Shown here in pieces: positions 32,001-40,181 of a stretch of 64,000 nt of DNA. Both the position numbers and the translations under genes were made by a program. Every line of letters starts with the position of its first letter. The first letter of the stretch is position 1. Source of the DNA: Opitutales bacterium (GTDB lineage Bacteria; Verrucomicrobiota; Verrucomicrobiia; Opitutales; Seribacteraceae). The notes under the pieces are model-generated. The model ran no database searches and was not told where the DNA came from. It saw only the letters and a list, made by a program, of their open reading frames with translations. The stretch is taken from the NCBI GenBank assembly GCA_965660135.1, contig CBFHYW010000001.1, forward strand, positions 4,747-68,746, given 5' to 3'.

Positions 32001-32232
32001 AACGCTTCTTTAATTCAAACGGTGCGGTTCTTTGGTTATTGACCACCACTTCAATACGCTTACTTAAATCCTTAAGTTTGGAATCAATAAATTGAATTTG
32101 CTGATCCGGTGGCAATGATTCAATTTTTGCATCTTGGACAAGTTGACTGAATGCAAGGCTAGCTAACCCAAGAAAAAATAATGGGACACCAAGCCAACCT
32201 TGCCTGCATACGGAAAGACAGGTAAAATTCAT
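26092..32232 (-). CDS. Giant (2046 aa) exported coiled-coil protein with small C-terminal beta domain
   Basis: Signal-like N-terminus (..LFFLGLASLAFS-Q), long E/L/K/Q-rich heptad region, S/P/R-rich linker, terminal domain with TNSMGEANLANIEAGNYYVVG..W. Confidence 0.88.
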   Translation of the reverse strand: MNFTCLSVCRQGWLGVPLFFLGLASLAFSQLVQDAKIESLPPDQQIQFIDSKLKDLSKRIEVVVNNQRTAPFELKKRSATGNLNQLISVYGENDPSTRSVQKNLNETNSRWEVRSSEINQGVSSIQERLTEASLIFQDLKDNFAGRLDEASPALNVLQQNLVRSETEVNALSGLSENALSEAMNAYSNIQIESNELVVKAVPSPPSVSSPRRVSSTQVGQVADAIKSKEAVPLRSSNRFSPAIDSDAAFVQVPNSSPKSSEPTEVINRLKSELAVSKSVQTELSADTADLQGDLRKAYREIVSLQNNLKESQLIVQELETTKNSLWQTDNGQYPSARSVSGRIKKLESELELAREDLRASRQTLLIEQERSNAMIRSVTNELERTRRDLDAARAAATSSGADSTRLATLERELNEARRALQMAKMAPMDSTQETYLTLQNELRKALGEITRMQIELGEKDELEAQLVKLRSSMEGVTDSSTRRPSSEYVNKLLIDLNAAKGEVEKAKSANREDMKSLVEKVASLEDKLKISDLELRKTQTLFDETKESIARREFEYATTIQRLDEDAQNAQNSLRDASLGKLPAIPFVDEMERNLAESESRIKDLSDRFESEQSKASELIDGLQIELDSAVVRQKRALDQLARREIDLEGKDLELNQAKEEAKKLKEELAVVKVIAGQLEDLNSVLEQTKMTQNSQSGSMDQVVASLKEELNQAKVELVFALEEGEKQQKNSSKRINSLEFQLEDMRNQLLAEQENLSDHANDSKELVLDLKQELDAARTEISRMKTAGLGDSVETNQAVAQLQEALGTIRILQESLDESEKVNLEVDNLRSELANAMESQLTELQRLENEKASLQQKTVDLESEISLLRNEGLGTGIKFQKSNTDLVEQLRVSQLQIAELEKRSALAENAGVLSLVDLEEELANERQNNQELEQALAKTSLVKNKTVSLLEDELATALQKLDNLEGSQSNRDLKMKALQEELLNTKKLLSSSNDSGNGVADEQLVIVSQLEDQLTEAQNRLSEIENLSARTTANVTGNEAILLLENELGKAEETITSLQIALDAEDSKRNLIQTQLEDALMRLDNLEKSDVPEVQRLKSLLAAKEKEQVILESELQTAISALDQNEAEMGLANSVGSELESLQKKLEVAENNLRSKDDAEVRRLQSLLEGKDKELAILESELRSAISALDEKDGEIVLSDSISSEIESLQRKLEIAEGKLRNSSVEDPEDILRLDNELEVAQKTIQELLAKTKFEEAARMEIEDDLSIALNKLDELNVQDTTSSPSVGGGDSDVVEKLKKLLSEKELKQKELEEELTNAISVMTEKEAELEIVASIKEEMLVLKEQLDNAEKIATRKEVDSQDGQMFTQAEIESLQSEVDLLKGKLADAKKDSSSVNSDKLLSDLQEQLQVAVAESVEMQTELEETKARLFEMEANNNSLNQRPDLVKLLDSAKNAEAQAEDRIMNLTQSLRNSEGLRKEMELLLAEFQNAPQPQKKNYAEDPRFIDMQNELVLLQQDLLAVRDLDNPKIQELQFELQSSQNDSAKLNDEFKGAMEDFGKIKEQVAILEEENTRLQNRMLGDVRNQNMQVVQKLEGQLNNLSKENANLRIQLGEKETRVSGLREKLAQAQLETPGVSPDNAALRSQVVRLEGMLQSAQDAEQRATNKANLSLNEIQSLNQNIVLLEDRLRQAESTARGVPSRLPSFVNSNQSKIDNSGEVLRLREQVNQLESQLQIAKTIPNRNQLDRKIRDLNQKNLTAQIQLDQERARVEDLKGQLSDALGIKQEVLERGQSANMKVSLLNNELADAKKRISSLESTLIAAREAIRVLNKGSNSSTMRVSIPSSKSFGGARQSTYLPQQNQSTINPTKRMGQSPNRRTSTIDNYRTQSSFPSPIIQQIPQGDSSIQLRAQVQFLNNKNRPAGFTEFFLVKEDLESIVSNSGIRIPPGQGIDSGAELWARSVQRGYRFPGIASAIRNALATRSLARIKTNSMGEANLANIEAGNYYVVGSSSLGQVGIVWSKPFQLKPGSNSISLDLRDAAWAE
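28552..28953 (-). repeat. Tandem 201-nt (67-aa) internal duplication in the giant gene
   Basis: atctagagc..attgca..taattcagattccaa at 28660 and 28861; protein EVQRLKSLL..ILESELQTAISALD versus EVRRLQSLL..ILESELRSAISALD. Confidence 0.85.
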
Positions 32233-32380
32233 AAATTGAAGTATGCTAAGCTCTCATCAGGAAGCAAGTCCTGATTTTTTGTATAAAAAATTTTGCGTCA
32301 CAAAAATATCTTTTAACATATCAAATCAATAAGGTCAGAATTCTCAGATTAAAGAATATAGAACAAATTAAGATAAAGAA

Positions 32381-32409
32381 TTGAGTTTATAGAAATTATA
32401 TTGTACAAA
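32381..32409 (+). promoter_or_regulatory. Possible sigma70 promoter for tRNA-Leu
   Basis: TTGAGT-N17-TACAAA ending 10 nt before the tRNA. Confidence 0.35.
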
Positions 32410-32419
32410 CCTTTTTGTT

Positions 32420-32504
32420 GCCCGGGTGGCGGAATTGGTAGACGCGATAGATTTAGGATCTATTGTCTTAGGGCGTGCGAGTTCGAGTCTCGCCCCGGGC
32501 ACCA
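32420..32504 (+). tRNA. tRNA-Leu (anticodon TAG)
   Basis: GCCCGGG/CCCGGGC acceptor stem, ATAGA-TTTAGGA-TCTAT anticodon arm, variable arm, GTTCGAG T-loop, encoded CCA. Confidence 0.97.
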
Positions 32505-32522
32505 TTTTTTTAATGAAAGGAA

Positions 32523-34073
32523 TCAGAAAGCGTCACCAAACGGCCCTTGCCAGATTCCCAATACAAGAGAAGAAATGGTCAAAGCAAGTAAGCTGAACTT
32601 TAAAAATCCCATTCGTGGAATAATTGCCCAAGGATCTTCCTTTTCTTCATTACTTTCATCGTTAAAAGTAGGTCGCGGATGAAAAGTAATTTCTCGAATC
32701 CACCCGAAATAATAAAAAATGGATATTACAACTCCGATAAGCATTGCAGCTAATGAGAAGTACAGGTTTGCTTCATAAGCAACGGAAATTAAGAGAAGTT
32801 TTGCAATAAATCCTGCGAAGGGTGGAATTCCAGCTAAGGACCCGAGGCCAGATACCAAAACGAAACCAAGCCATGGATGCCTTCTTGCTAAATCTTCATA
32901 ATCCGAGAATTGCTGCTCAGTTTCATCTTTAAGGTTGGCAAGCCCCATCACTCCAAATACAGCAAAGGAAGCAAGTAAGTATACAAAGAGATAGAAGAAA
33001 AGTACCCAGACTGCACGGTCACTGTCACCTGCAAAATGCATCGAAGCCATTACCGCCACGAGAAGATACCCTGCATGAGCAACTCCAGATAAGCCAAGCA
33101 TTCTCTTGATATTCTGCTGAGCACAGGCGGCTAAATTTCCAAAGAAAATGGTAAAGGTTGCAACAAATCCAAGTAAAGGCATGAGAAATTCTGACATGCC
33201 TAAGAAAGGACCATTTACTAAGTTTAATAAAACAAAGAATCCAGCTGCTTTTGATGAAACAGCTAAAAAGGCAGTGATTGGCATAGGTGAACCGTGATAA
33301 ACATCTGGTACCCATATCTGAAATGGTGCAGCTCCAATTTTAAATGCAATACCCGAAACAACAAGAACCACACCAGCCCTTAATAGTAAATGATCAGGGT
33401 TTGCTTCCAATAAATTACCAAGGTATTGAAATCCGAGAGGGTCTTGCCCTTCAAACCCGGAGTAAGTTGCACCCCATGCTTCAGGATTTGCACCCACTCC
33501 ATAAAGAAGCACAATACCGAAAAGAAGAAGAGAAGAACTCAAGGCACCAAAAATCAAATACTTTATACCTGCTTCCAGTGATTTAGCCGAGTCACGATTG
33601 TAAGCAACAAGTGTGTAGAAACAAATTGCAACTGTTTCTAAAGCAACAAAAAGCATGAGGAAATGATTGCTTTGAACGAGTAACATCAAGCCAGCAGTCG
33701 CAAGCATAGTTAGGTGATGAAACTCTCCATGCCGTAGATTCTTTCCCTTTAGGTATTGGTGCCCAAGGACGGATACTAATAAAGAGGAAAGCAAAAAGAA
33801 AGTTCTCATCACATCTCCTTGGATGCCCTGTCGAAGCATGCCAGAGAAAGTTTCTCTATCAAATGTGTGATGCCAGACCAAATAATCAATTAAATGAAAA
33901 ACCAACAAACCAGCTTGAAAGATAATTGCTAAGGTACCCGAATGGATAGATGGTTTTCCGGGCTTACGAAAAAGATCGAAACCAAGGATAAAAAGAGCGG
34001 CTAAAGCAAGAGCAATTTCTGGCCAAATCTCCGACCAAAGGTTTGCATTTGAAAAATTTAAATAGGCTTCCAT
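32523..34073 (-). CDS. nuoN: NADH-quinone oxidoreductase subunit N
   Basis: EAGIKY, FKIGAAPFQIWVPDVY, NIKRMLGLS; last gene of the nuo operon. Confidence 0.95.
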   Translation of the reverse strand: MEAYLNFSNANLWSEIWPEIALALAALFILGFDLFRKPGKPSIHSGTLAIIFQAGLLVFHLIDYLVWHHTFDRETFSGMLRQGIQGDVMRTFFLLSSLLVSVLGHQYLKGKNLRHGEFHHLTMLATAGLMLLVQSNHFLMLFVALETVAICFYTLVAYNRDSAKSLEAGIKYLIFGALSSSLLLFGIVLLYGVGANPEAWGATYSGFEGQDPLGFQYLGNLLEANPDHLLLRAGVVLVVSGIAFKIGAAPFQIWVPDVYHGSPMPITAFLAVSSKAAGFFVLLNLVNGPFLGMSEFLMPLLGFVATFTIFFGNLAACAQQNIKRMLGLSGVAHAGYLLVAVMASMHFAGDSDRAVWVLFFYLFVYLLASFAVFGVMGLANLKDETEQQFSDYEDLARRHPWLGFVLVSGLGSLAGIPPFAGFIAKLLLISVAYEANLYFSLAAMLIGVVISIFYYFGWIREITFHPRPTFNDESNEEKEDPWAIIPRMGFLKFSLLALTISSLVLGIWQGPFGDAF

Positions 34074-34074
34074 C

Positions 34075-35715
34075 TCAATTTTCAGAAATAGGTTTATTTT
34101 CAGGGATTTTCTGCAGCGTAGATCCAGAGGACATATTGTTTTCTTGTACTGAAATATCAGATCCTAATAGACAACATTCAGGTGTAAATTTGGAGAGGGA
34201 GACAATGTTCATTTTTTCGTAACGACTGCCAATCTCTTGATCAATACGATCCGATACTCCACGTGGCCACAATCCGAGAAATAAAAGTGCAACCAAGATA
34301 ATTCCTGCCGGAAAGATCTCGGATGGACTTAAATCCGTGATTGGATTTTTCTTTTCGTGCTCAACTAACTCCTTTGAACTCCCTCCAAAAAAGATTCGGG
34401 CAACAGCTCGCAATCCAAAAATTGCAGAAATAATAATTCCCAATGCAGCCAACACAAGAAACATACGATGCTCTGGATTCTCCCCAAGAGATAAGAATAC
34501 TCCAAACTCTCCCCAAAAATTACCAAACCCAGGCAATCCAATGGTTGCTAAAGAAGCTGCAACAAAAAAACAGGCAAGAATAGGAGCTTTACCTGCTAAG
34601 CCTCCCATTTCATCCATTTCGAAGGTACCGCTTCTTTTCTGAATATAAGTTGAAAGTAAGAACATTAATGCAACAGATAAACCATGAGCAACCATGAGCA
34701 TAACAGTGGAACCTGCACCAAGAGATGAACAAACAGCAACCCCAAGAAAGCAATAGCCCATGTGCATTACCGAACCATATCCAACCATGCTTTTTAAATT
34801 TGATTGTGCCATGGTTACAAAACCTACAAACAAAACATTGCCTAATCCGAGCCAGAGTAAGTATGGACTCCACGCAATTGCTCCCTCCGGAAGCAGTGGA
34901 GCAGCAATTTGGATGAGTCCATATAAGCCAAATTTCTTAAGAACTCCTGCATGTAACATAGAAACAGATGTAGGAGCTGATTCATATCCTTTTGCCGCCC
35001 AAGTGTGGAATGGAAATAATGCCACAAGAATCCCAAATCCAATCAAAAGAAGACCAAAGATCTTTGTCTGGGTAGATTCAAGTAAACTTGTACTTGCAAG
35101 TGCAGATGAGAGCGAAGGAAAATCAAATTTCTCAGCATCGATCAGTACATTAAGTGCAACTAATCCACCCAATGAAATGAGTGCACCTAAAGTCAGGTAG
35201 ATAGTTATTTCTATAGCAACACTTCTACGGTCGCGCCCACCCCAAAGTCCTATCATAATAAAGGTTGGAATGAGGGCGAATTCATGAAAGAGGTAGTAAA
35301 AAAACAAATCTACACTTGCAAACAATCCCATTAAACCAGTTTGCATAGCTAGCAATAAGGCCAAGTAGAGCCTTAATCTGTCAGCTCCTGAGCGTATTGC
35401 AGTTATTCCCGCAGCAAGTCCAACTATGCCTGCCATCGCAAACAGGGGAGAAGACACACCATTTAGTCCGAGGTGAAAAGTAATACCAAGCTCATGTAAT
35501 CCCATTCTTGAATAAAGAATTTCAAAGCAATACCCTTCGATTGAGCCGTCAAAATGTAAGAAAAGTAAAATTCCTGATATAAAAGGAAAACCAAAGCCAA
35601 TGTAGGATAAATTTTTTGCAAAAGAAACACTTCGACCAATTCCGGAAAACAAAAGAATTGATGCAATTGCAGGAACAATAATTGAACCGAGTAATAAAAT
35701 TTGATCTGTATTCAT
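34075..35715 (-). CDS. nuoM: NADH-quinone oxidoreductase subunit M
   Basis: LFPFHTW, GVLKKFGLYG, GLPGFGNFWGEF; operon position. Confidence 0.94.
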   Translation of the reverse strand: MNTDQILLLGSIIVPAIASILLFSGIGRSVSFAKNLSYIGFGFPFISGILLFLHFDGSIEGYCFEILYSRMGLHELGITFHLGLNGVSSPLFAMAGIVGLAAGITAIRSGADRLRLYLALLLAMQTGLMGLFASVDLFFYYLFHEFALIPTFIMIGLWGGRDRRSVAIEITIYLTLGALISLGGLVALNVLIDAEKFDFPSLSSALASTSLLESTQTKIFGLLLIGFGILVALFPFHTWAAKGYESAPTSVSMLHAGVLKKFGLYGLIQIAAPLLPEGAIAWSPYLLWLGLGNVLFVGFVTMAQSNLKSMVGYGSVMHMGYCFLGVAVCSSLGAGSTVMLMVAHGLSVALMFLLSTYIQKRSGTFEMDEMGGLAGKAPILACFFVAASLATIGLPGFGNFWGEFGVFLSLGENPEHRMFLVLAALGIIISAIFGLRAVARIFFGGSSKELVEHEKKNPITDLSPSEIFPAGIILVALLFLGLWPRGVSDRIDQEIGSRYEKMNIVSLSKFTPECCLLGSDISVQENNMSSGSTLQKIPENKPISEN

Positions 35716-35727
35716 GGTAACGGTTCT

Positions 35728-37566
35728 CTAATTTCCAAATACTCCTAAAGCGTAGGTAAGAAAAGCAATTGTGCCAGCAACAAACCAAAAGGCATAGGCA
35801 TGAATTTTTCCGTTGTAACAAACTTTTCCGATCAAAGCAAAAAGACCTGCAACCCCGGCAGTTCCACGAACCAAAAGTCCCGAAATAAACAATAGCTCCA
35901 TTACTTCAATGAACCGAGTAATGGGGTCCTGTATACGCTTAATGTAAAAGCCATAAAATTGATCAAAAAATAGTTTACTATCACAAAGAGCAAAAAAAGT
36001 GGGGAATCTGCTAGATAAGGGGTCTTCCTTCCCTACCCGACCGTAGAAGTTCCTTGCCGTTATCGCTCCCAAAATCCATGCAAAGGTTCCTAATACGATC
36101 ATCCACATATGATTAGGCATTGAAGCAACCCTTTCGATATCAGGAATTAAAGACTCGACAATAGCAAACGGAAAAAGGGTGTGATAACCTCCGACAATTG
36201 AAAGAAGAGCAAGAAGAATTAATGGTCCTGTCATCAAAGCATTGTTCTCATGGGCATGGGACGAATTCTCAGAACGGGACTCACCTTCGAAGGTTATGAA
36301 ATATAAACGAAACATATAAAGAGCTGTTAAAATTGCTCCAGCATATAACATTACAAAAACTGGCATATTGAAATTATATGCACTAAGCAAAATTGCATCT
36401 TTACTGAAATAACCGGATAAAAAGTTAACTCCTGAAATTGCCAACACCCCAATCAAGAATGTGAATGCAGTTATTGGCATTTTCTTTCGTAAACCACCAT
36501 AATTAAAAATATCCTGTTCATGGTGACAAGCGTGTATAACCGAGCCAGAACCCAAGAACATTAAAGCCTTAAAGAAAGCATGGGTCATCAAGTGAAATAA
36601 AGCAATCCCTGGCATACCCAAACCGAATGCTGCTGCCATGTACCCGAGTTGAGAAAGGGTGGAATAAGCTAAAATCTTCTTAATATCTCTTTGAACAAGT
36701 GCACAAAAACCAGCATATAAACCCATACCTGCACCTAAAATAGCAAGGAGCGAAAGAGCTTGCGGTGTAAACATAAAGTCAATCCTAAGCAAAAGATAAA
36801 TTCCAGCAGCAACCATTGTTGCGGCGTGAATAAGTGCAGAGACAGGAGTTGGACCAGCCATGGCATCTGGAAGCCAAACATGAAGTGGGAACTGAGCGGA
36901 TTTCCCCACAAATCCACATGCAAGAGCCAATCCTAAAAAAGTAGTTACCAAACTCGGATCAAAATCCACAAGGTCAGCCAACTCATATAAGTTGACCGTT
37001 CCAAATGCCCAGTAAGTAAGAACGATACCAATTAAAAAACCAAAGTCTCCAACTCGGTTAACAATAAAAGCTTTTTTGGATGCCTGTGCGGCTTCATCAG
37101 TACTGAAATAATGAGCGATTAACAAGTAAGAGCTAAAACCAACCAGTTCCCAAAAAACAAAAATCATAATCAGGTTATCCGCTAAGGTAATACCAATCAT
37201 TGAAAACATAAAGATGGACAACCCCCCAAAGTAACGAGACTTAGAATCGTCATCTGCCATGTAACCTAAGCTAAAGACATGAATCAAAAAGCCTACAAAT
37301 GCCACGACAAACAAAAGCAAACGAGCCGGAGCGTCTATTAAGAACCCAAAGCTCAATTCCCAAGAAGACATTTTCATCCAAGTTGTCTGCCAAGTAAAAA
37401 CTTCGTTCTGTCCTTCAAAAATCAAATAAAGGGCAAAAACTAAAATTCCACCGGAGGTAGCAACCGACAAAAGAGATGCAATATTCCCAGCCTTTCGCAA
37501 AAAAAGAAGAGTGATTAAAGCTGAAAGGAGAGGTAGAAGGAGGATGCTAAATGCTACGGTTTCCAT
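35728..37566 (-). CDS. nuoL: NADH-quinone oxidoreductase subunit L
   Basis: GKSAQFPLHVWLPDAMAGPTPVSALIHAATMV. Confidence 0.97.
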   Translation of the reverse strand: METVAFSILLLPLLSALITLLFLRKAGNIASLLSVATSGGILVFALYLIFEGQNEVFTWQTTWMKMSSWELSFGFLIDAPARLLLFVVAFVGFLIHVFSLGYMADDDSKSRYFGGLSIFMFSMIGITLADNLIMIFVFWELVGFSSYLLIAHYFSTDEAAQASKKAFIVNRVGDFGFLIGIVLTYWAFGTVNLYELADLVDFDPSLVTTFLGLALACGFVGKSAQFPLHVWLPDAMAGPTPVSALIHAATMVAAGIYLLLRIDFMFTPQALSLLAILGAGMGLYAGFCALVQRDIKKILAYSTLSQLGYMAAAFGLGMPGIALFHLMTHAFFKALMFLGSGSVIHACHHEQDIFNYGGLRKKMPITAFTFLIGVLAISGVNFLSGYFSKDAILLSAYNFNMPVFVMLYAGAILTALYMFRLYFITFEGESRSENSSHAHENNALMTGPLILLALLSIVGGYHTLFPFAIVESLIPDIERVASMPNHMWMIVLGTFAWILGAITARNFYGRVGKEDPLSSRFPTFFALCDSKLFFDQFYGFYIKRIQDPITRFIEVMELLFISGLLVRGTAGVAGLFALIGKVCYNGKIHAYAFWFVAGTIAFLTYALGVFGN

Positions 37567-37570
37567 AATA

Positions 37571-37879
37571 TCAGTTCTTTAGCAAAGAAATATCTTCAGA
37601 AAATACACTTTGTCTCTTCTTGTACAGAGCAACGAGCAATGCTAATCCAACTGCGACTTCAGTTGCTGCCACAGTCATGATGAAGAAAACAAAAAGACTG
37701 CCGTCAAGATTTAGACTAGTTCTTGAAAAGGAAACAAGGGCGACATTGACTCCGTTTAGCATTAATTCAAGGGACATTAAAACGAGAAGTAGATTTCTAC
37801 GAATAACAACGCCCAAAAAGCCAACCGAAAAAAGCAGAAAGGATAAAACCAAAAAATGTTGTGGAGTGACAGTTTCCAT
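37571..37879 (-). CDS. nuoK: NADH-quinone oxidoreductase subunit K
   Basis: RRNLL..LMSLELMLN, VAATEVAVGLA. Confidence 0.96.
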   Translation of the reverse strand: METVTPQHFLVLSFLLFSVGFLGVVIRRNLLLVLMSLELMLNGVNVALVSFSRTSLNLDGSLFVFFIMTVAATEVAVGLALLVALYKKRQSVFSEDISLLKN

Positions 37880-37882
37880 TGG

Positions 37883-38437
37883 TTAAATTTCTTCCTCCGA
37901 TAAAGATTTCTTGCTTAGTACGATTACTCCTACCATAGCAGCTAGAAGAAGAAACCCTGCGACCTGTAAAGGTAACATGTATTTGGTGAATAATCCGAAA
38001 CCGAAATTTTTCAAAGAGGATGAAAATAGTAAAGAATCCCCATTCACTCCCTCAACATTATCGATAGCTAGCCAGCTGCCTGATTCCGATGATTCGATTC
38101 CTGAAAACTGCAAAAGCAGGATAATCAAAATGCCAAACGCTAGAGAGCCAGCTAGGCCAGAAAGAAACTTTATACGCGAAACTTTTCCACCGTCAGGTCC
38201 GACATCAAGTAACATAATAATAAACAGAAACAAAACCATCACTGCACCTGCATAGACGAGAACCTGCAAAATAGCTAAAAAGAAGGCTTCCAATAGAACA
38301 AAAAGAGCAGCAACACTGACTAACGAGATAATCATAAACAAGGCTGCAGGGACTGGGTGTCTAGCAACGATCATGAGCACACCTCCACCCACGGACAGAG
38401 TAGCGAAAAAATAAAATAGCAAATCTACAGTATTCAC
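37883..38437 (-). CDS. nuoJ: NADH-quinone oxidoreductase subunit J
   Basis: QVLVYAGAVMVLFLFIIMLL. Confidence 0.96.
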   Translation of the reverse strand: MNTVDLLFYFFATLSVGGGVLMIVARHPVPAALFMIISLVSVAALFVLLEAFFLAILQVLVYAGAVMVLFLFIIMLLDVGPDGGKVSRIKFLSGLAGSLAFGILIILLLQFSGIESSESGSWLAIDNVEGVNGDSLLFSSSLKNFGFGLFTKYMLPLQVAGFLLLAAMVGVIVLSKKSLSEEEI

Positions 38438-38500
38438 GAAATGAAAATCAAAGGTTGGGTGTAAAATGTATAAATTAATTCTTTCATTATAACCTAAAAT

Positions 38501-39046
38501 CTAATGAGCATTACCTTCTTCTTCCGCTACCTTTTTCTTATCCCACTTGTAATGACTATCTGGTAAAGTTCCACCTAACTCATAAAGTTTGTCCTTATTA
38601 TTTATCATCTCTTCACGAGTATAACCAGAGGAGGAATACTCGTCCTGAAGGAAAATTGCTTCTTCGGGGCACACCTCCTGACAATATCCACAGTAAATAC
38701 ATCGAAGCATATTGATTTCAAACTCCTGAGGGGCTTTTTCAACATGTTCGCGCCCATCGTCATCATCAGGCACAGAACCAGGTGTTATACGAATGGCTTT
38801 GGGCGGACAAACGAATTCACATAATTGGCAGGATACGCATTTCTCGCGACCGTTCGGATCTTTAACTAAAGTAGGAACACCACGGTAATTATTGGCAATG
38901 ATCGGTTTTTCTTCAGGATATTGTAAAGTCACTTTTTCCTTAAACATATTTGAAAAAGTGGTCTTAAGCCCAGTAATAATCTGAGGAATATAAGTTCGCT
39001 CGGAGAGTGAAAGCGGTTTTCTTGAAAGTACTACGGTTTTAGCCAT
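38501..39046 (-). CDS. nuoI: NADH-quinone oxidoreductase subunit I
   Basis: Two CxxCxxCxxxCP motifs, TLQYPEE; start moved to ATG 39046. Confidence 0.96.
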   Translation of the reverse strand: MAKTVVLSRKPLSLSERTYIPQIITGLKTTFSNMFKEKVTLQYPEEKPIIANNYRGVPTLVKDPNGREKCVSCQLCEFVCPPKAIRITPGSVPDDDDGREHVEKAPQEFEINMLRCIYCGYCQEVCPEEAIFLQDEYSSSGYTREEMINNKDKLYELGGTLPDSHYKWDKKKVAEEEGNAH

Positions 39047-39056
39047 GATGTTTAGA

Positions 39057-40175
39057 TTAAGCAGGTGGTTGGTCAAGCCAAGTAACTAACAGGACATAGA
39101 AAATCAAATTAATCAGAGCCAGTGGAAGAAGCTTGGTCCAACCGAGACTCATAACCTGATCATAACGAAAACGTGGAATTGTCCACCGAATCCAAATAAA
39201 GAAAAAGATTAAAAAAATTGTCTTCGCCAAAAACCATCCAATCCCAATCAAAGTACCGACCCAGGTAGCAGGCCATGGATCAGCAATCCATGGCAGAAAG
39301 TGCCATCCCCCCAAAAAGATAATCGTAAAAATTGCTGACCCAACCACAATATGTGCGTACTCAGCGACAAAAAAGATCCCAAATTTAAATCCACCATACT
39401 CAGTGTGAAAACCTCCAACTAAATCAGTTTCCGATTCTGGCATATCAAAGGGCAAACGGTTCGTCTCAGCAAAAAGTGCGATCAGGAATATCAATGCGGA
39501 TAATGGCTGAACTAATAATAGCCAAGCTCCTTGATTTTGAGAGCTAACAATCTCCACAAGACTTAGACCCATCGCTCCAGTTCCTGGTACACTAACCCAA
39601 AGAAACACTGGCAGTAGAGATAAGCCCATTGCCAATTCGTAAGAAATCATTTGAGCAGAAGATCTTATCCCTCCAAGAAACGGGTATTTACTATTGGAAG
39701 ACCATCCAGCTAATACGATACCGTAGACCCCAAGAGAGGATACAGCTAAAACAAAAAGAATTCCCACTTCCAAGTTAGCTAGCATCAATGGCACAGATTC
39801 ACCATCTTCAGTAAAAAACTCACCAAAGGGGAGGACGGTCATAGTGGTTAAGGCAGGAACCAAAGCAACGATTGGGGCTAAATTGTAATATAACTTATTT
39901 ACATGCCCGGGGATGATTTCTTCCTTAAATAAAAACTTTAATCCGTCTGCCAGTGGTTGAAAAATTCCTAAATTCTGCAAGAAGCTACCAATCACTGGCA
40001 AATGCCCAACTAGTGGTAAAACTGTTCTGTTCGGGCCTACCCTACCCTGCATCCATGCACTTACTTTTCTCTCCGCTAAAACAGAATATCCGGCCATTGT
40101 CATAACTGCCCCAATCATGAGTAAGGCAAACAAAACCTTAATCCCGATCATTAGTAACAATTCAAAATCAAACAT
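39057..40175 (-). CDS. nuoH: NADH-quinone oxidoreductase subunit H
   Basis: ERKV..MQGRVGPN, QPLADGLK, AETNRLPFD, PRFRYDQ; ATG at 40175. Confidence 0.96.
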   Translation of the reverse strand: MFDFELLLMIGIKVLFALLMIGAVMTMAGYSVLAERKVSAWMQGRVGPNRTVLPLVGHLPVIGSFLQNLGIFQPLADGLKFLFKEEIIPGHVNKLYYNLAPIVALVPALTTMTVLPFGEFFTEDGESVPLMLANLEVGILFVLAVSSLGVYGIVLAGWSSNSKYPFLGGIRSSAQMISYELAMGLSLLPVFLWVSVPGTGAMGLSLVEIVSSQNQGAWLLLVQPLSALIFLIALFAETNRLPFDMPESETDLVGGFHTEYGGFKFGIFFVAEYAHIVVGSAIFTIIFLGGWHFLPWIADPWPATWVGTLIGIGWFLAKTIFLIFFFIWIRWTIPRFRYDQVMSLGWTKLLPLALINLIFYVLLVTWLDQPPA

Positions 40176-40181
40176 AACCAA

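Noticed and set aside
26092-32232. Giant protein as an SMC/Rad50 ATPase or phage tape measure
   Set aside because: No Walker A/B or hinge, has a signal-like N-terminus, and no phage genes nearby
32401-32682. 93-aa plus-strand ORF
   Set aside because: Overlaps tRNA-Leu and is antisense to nuoN; artefact
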